A stretch of 32,000 nt of DNA. Origin: Archaeoglobus fulgidus DSM 4304 (GTDB taxonomy: Archaea; Halobacteriota; Archaeoglobi; Archaeoglobales; Archaeoglobaceae). Within the stretch, counting starts at the first letter, position 1. Every line of letters begins with the position of its first letter. The notes beneath the pieces are model-generated. The model did no database searches. It was given only the letters and a program-made list of their open reading frames with translations, and was not told the origin of the DNA. This document shows, one piece after another, positions 31,573 to 32,000 of the stretch. Where the stretch lies: the NCBI RefSeq assembly GCF_000008665.1, contig NC_000917.1, positions 120,001 to 152,000 of the forward strand, given 5' to 3'. Position numbers and translations under genes: made by a program.

Positions 31573-32000
31573 ATGAGGCTTTTGCCAAAAATGGGGGGCG
31601 TGATAAGCATCTGGTTAACCTCAACGCTCCTGGCGATGAAATACCTCACACCTCTTAATTTAGCAATAGCGCTGCTTTCCCTGCTGTCAGTAAACCCGCT
31701 CATGTATATGAAGAAAGATTTTTCACTCGTTTTTCCAATTCTCCTTTCAGCGTTGGCAGCATACATCCTCTACCTTAACCCCACTACCATCTACTTCCTC
31801 CTCGCTTACTCGATCCTCTTCATAGCGCTCAAATTCGTGAATGAGTGGAGAATTGAGACGAAAATCGGTGCCTTCGCTCTCACCTTCCCCTTTCCGATGA
31901 TGGCCTTGGCTTACGGGGCGGGCCTGATGGAAATATTGGCACCATTAACCCTCTTGTTCTCTCTAACAGCCTTCAACCTTTTTCTTGCTGACTCAAGAAT
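31573..32000 (+). CDS. polytopic membrane protein, 3' end beyond the window
   Basis: Open from ATG 31573 to the window edge (MRLLPKMGGVISIWLTSTLLAMKYL...), with consecutive hydrophobic helices. It is absent from the ORF track, most likely because it has no stop in the window. Confidence 0.55.
   Translation, partial: MRLLPKMGGVISIWLTSTLLAMKYLTPLNLAIALLSLLSVNPLMYMKKDFSLVFPILLSALAAYILYLNPTTIYFLLAYSILFIALKFVNEWRIETKIGAFALTFPFPMMALAYGAGLMEILAPLTLLFSLTAFNLFLADSR

Noticed and set aside
31560-31766. 68-aa minus-strand ORF from the track
   Set aside because: The plus strand is open from ATG 31573 to the window edge and encodes consecutive TM helices. The minus ORF is most likely its shadow.
1-32000. 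CRISPR arrays, tRNA, rRNA or other structured RNA genes
   Set aside because: I saw no regularly spaced direct repeats, no cloverleaf-like GC-rich ~75-nt segments in intergenic regions, and no rRNA-like stretches. The intergenic regions are short and AT-rich. A covariance-model scan would be needed to exclude small ncRNAs.

Overview
This looks like an archaeal chromosomal window from an Archaeoglobus-like strict anaerobe. That call comes from recognising protein families by eye, for example a CopB-type P1B ATPase with a His-rich N-terminus, not from any search. About 45 genes are dense on both strands, with TATA-type AT-rich promoters and short or overlapping gene junctions. In order: (1) two tandem pairs of a thiolase-fold protein plus a DUF35 zinc-ribbon protein; (2) an RHH protein and a decayed IS remnant; (3) a copper-themed block at 5.3-15.1 kb; (4) a DUF981-like membrane protein divergent from an FTR1 iron permease with Fe-S proteins; (5) a ttrBCA-ordered molybdopterin oxidoreductase with a Tat signal, a TorD-like chaperone and MoeA; (6) a PIN toxin-antitoxin pair; (7) a sulfite/nitrite-reductase-like hemoprotein overlapping a TusA gene; (8) an O2/NO-stress divergon (ArsR-like, DUF1858, flavodiiron protein and ferredoxin, opposite DUF438-hemerythrin-PAS and a YedY-like Mo domain). 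The copper block holds a membrane-tethered wHTH with a Met/His loop, a methyltransferase, Met/Gly/Tyr-rich peptides, two orphan CuA-signature cupredoxins, a NapH/NosR-type membrane polyferredoxin, DUF2231, a SHOCT protein and CopB. The main candidates for something new are the orphan CuA/NapH-like/Met-peptide module and a recurring palindrome, TTAACAGTGTTAA, in the core promoters of at least five metal/redox transcription units. At least ten genes look frame-disrupted. These are either real decay or base-calling errors, and the sequence alone cannot tell which. I saw no rRNA, tRNA or CRISPR array.
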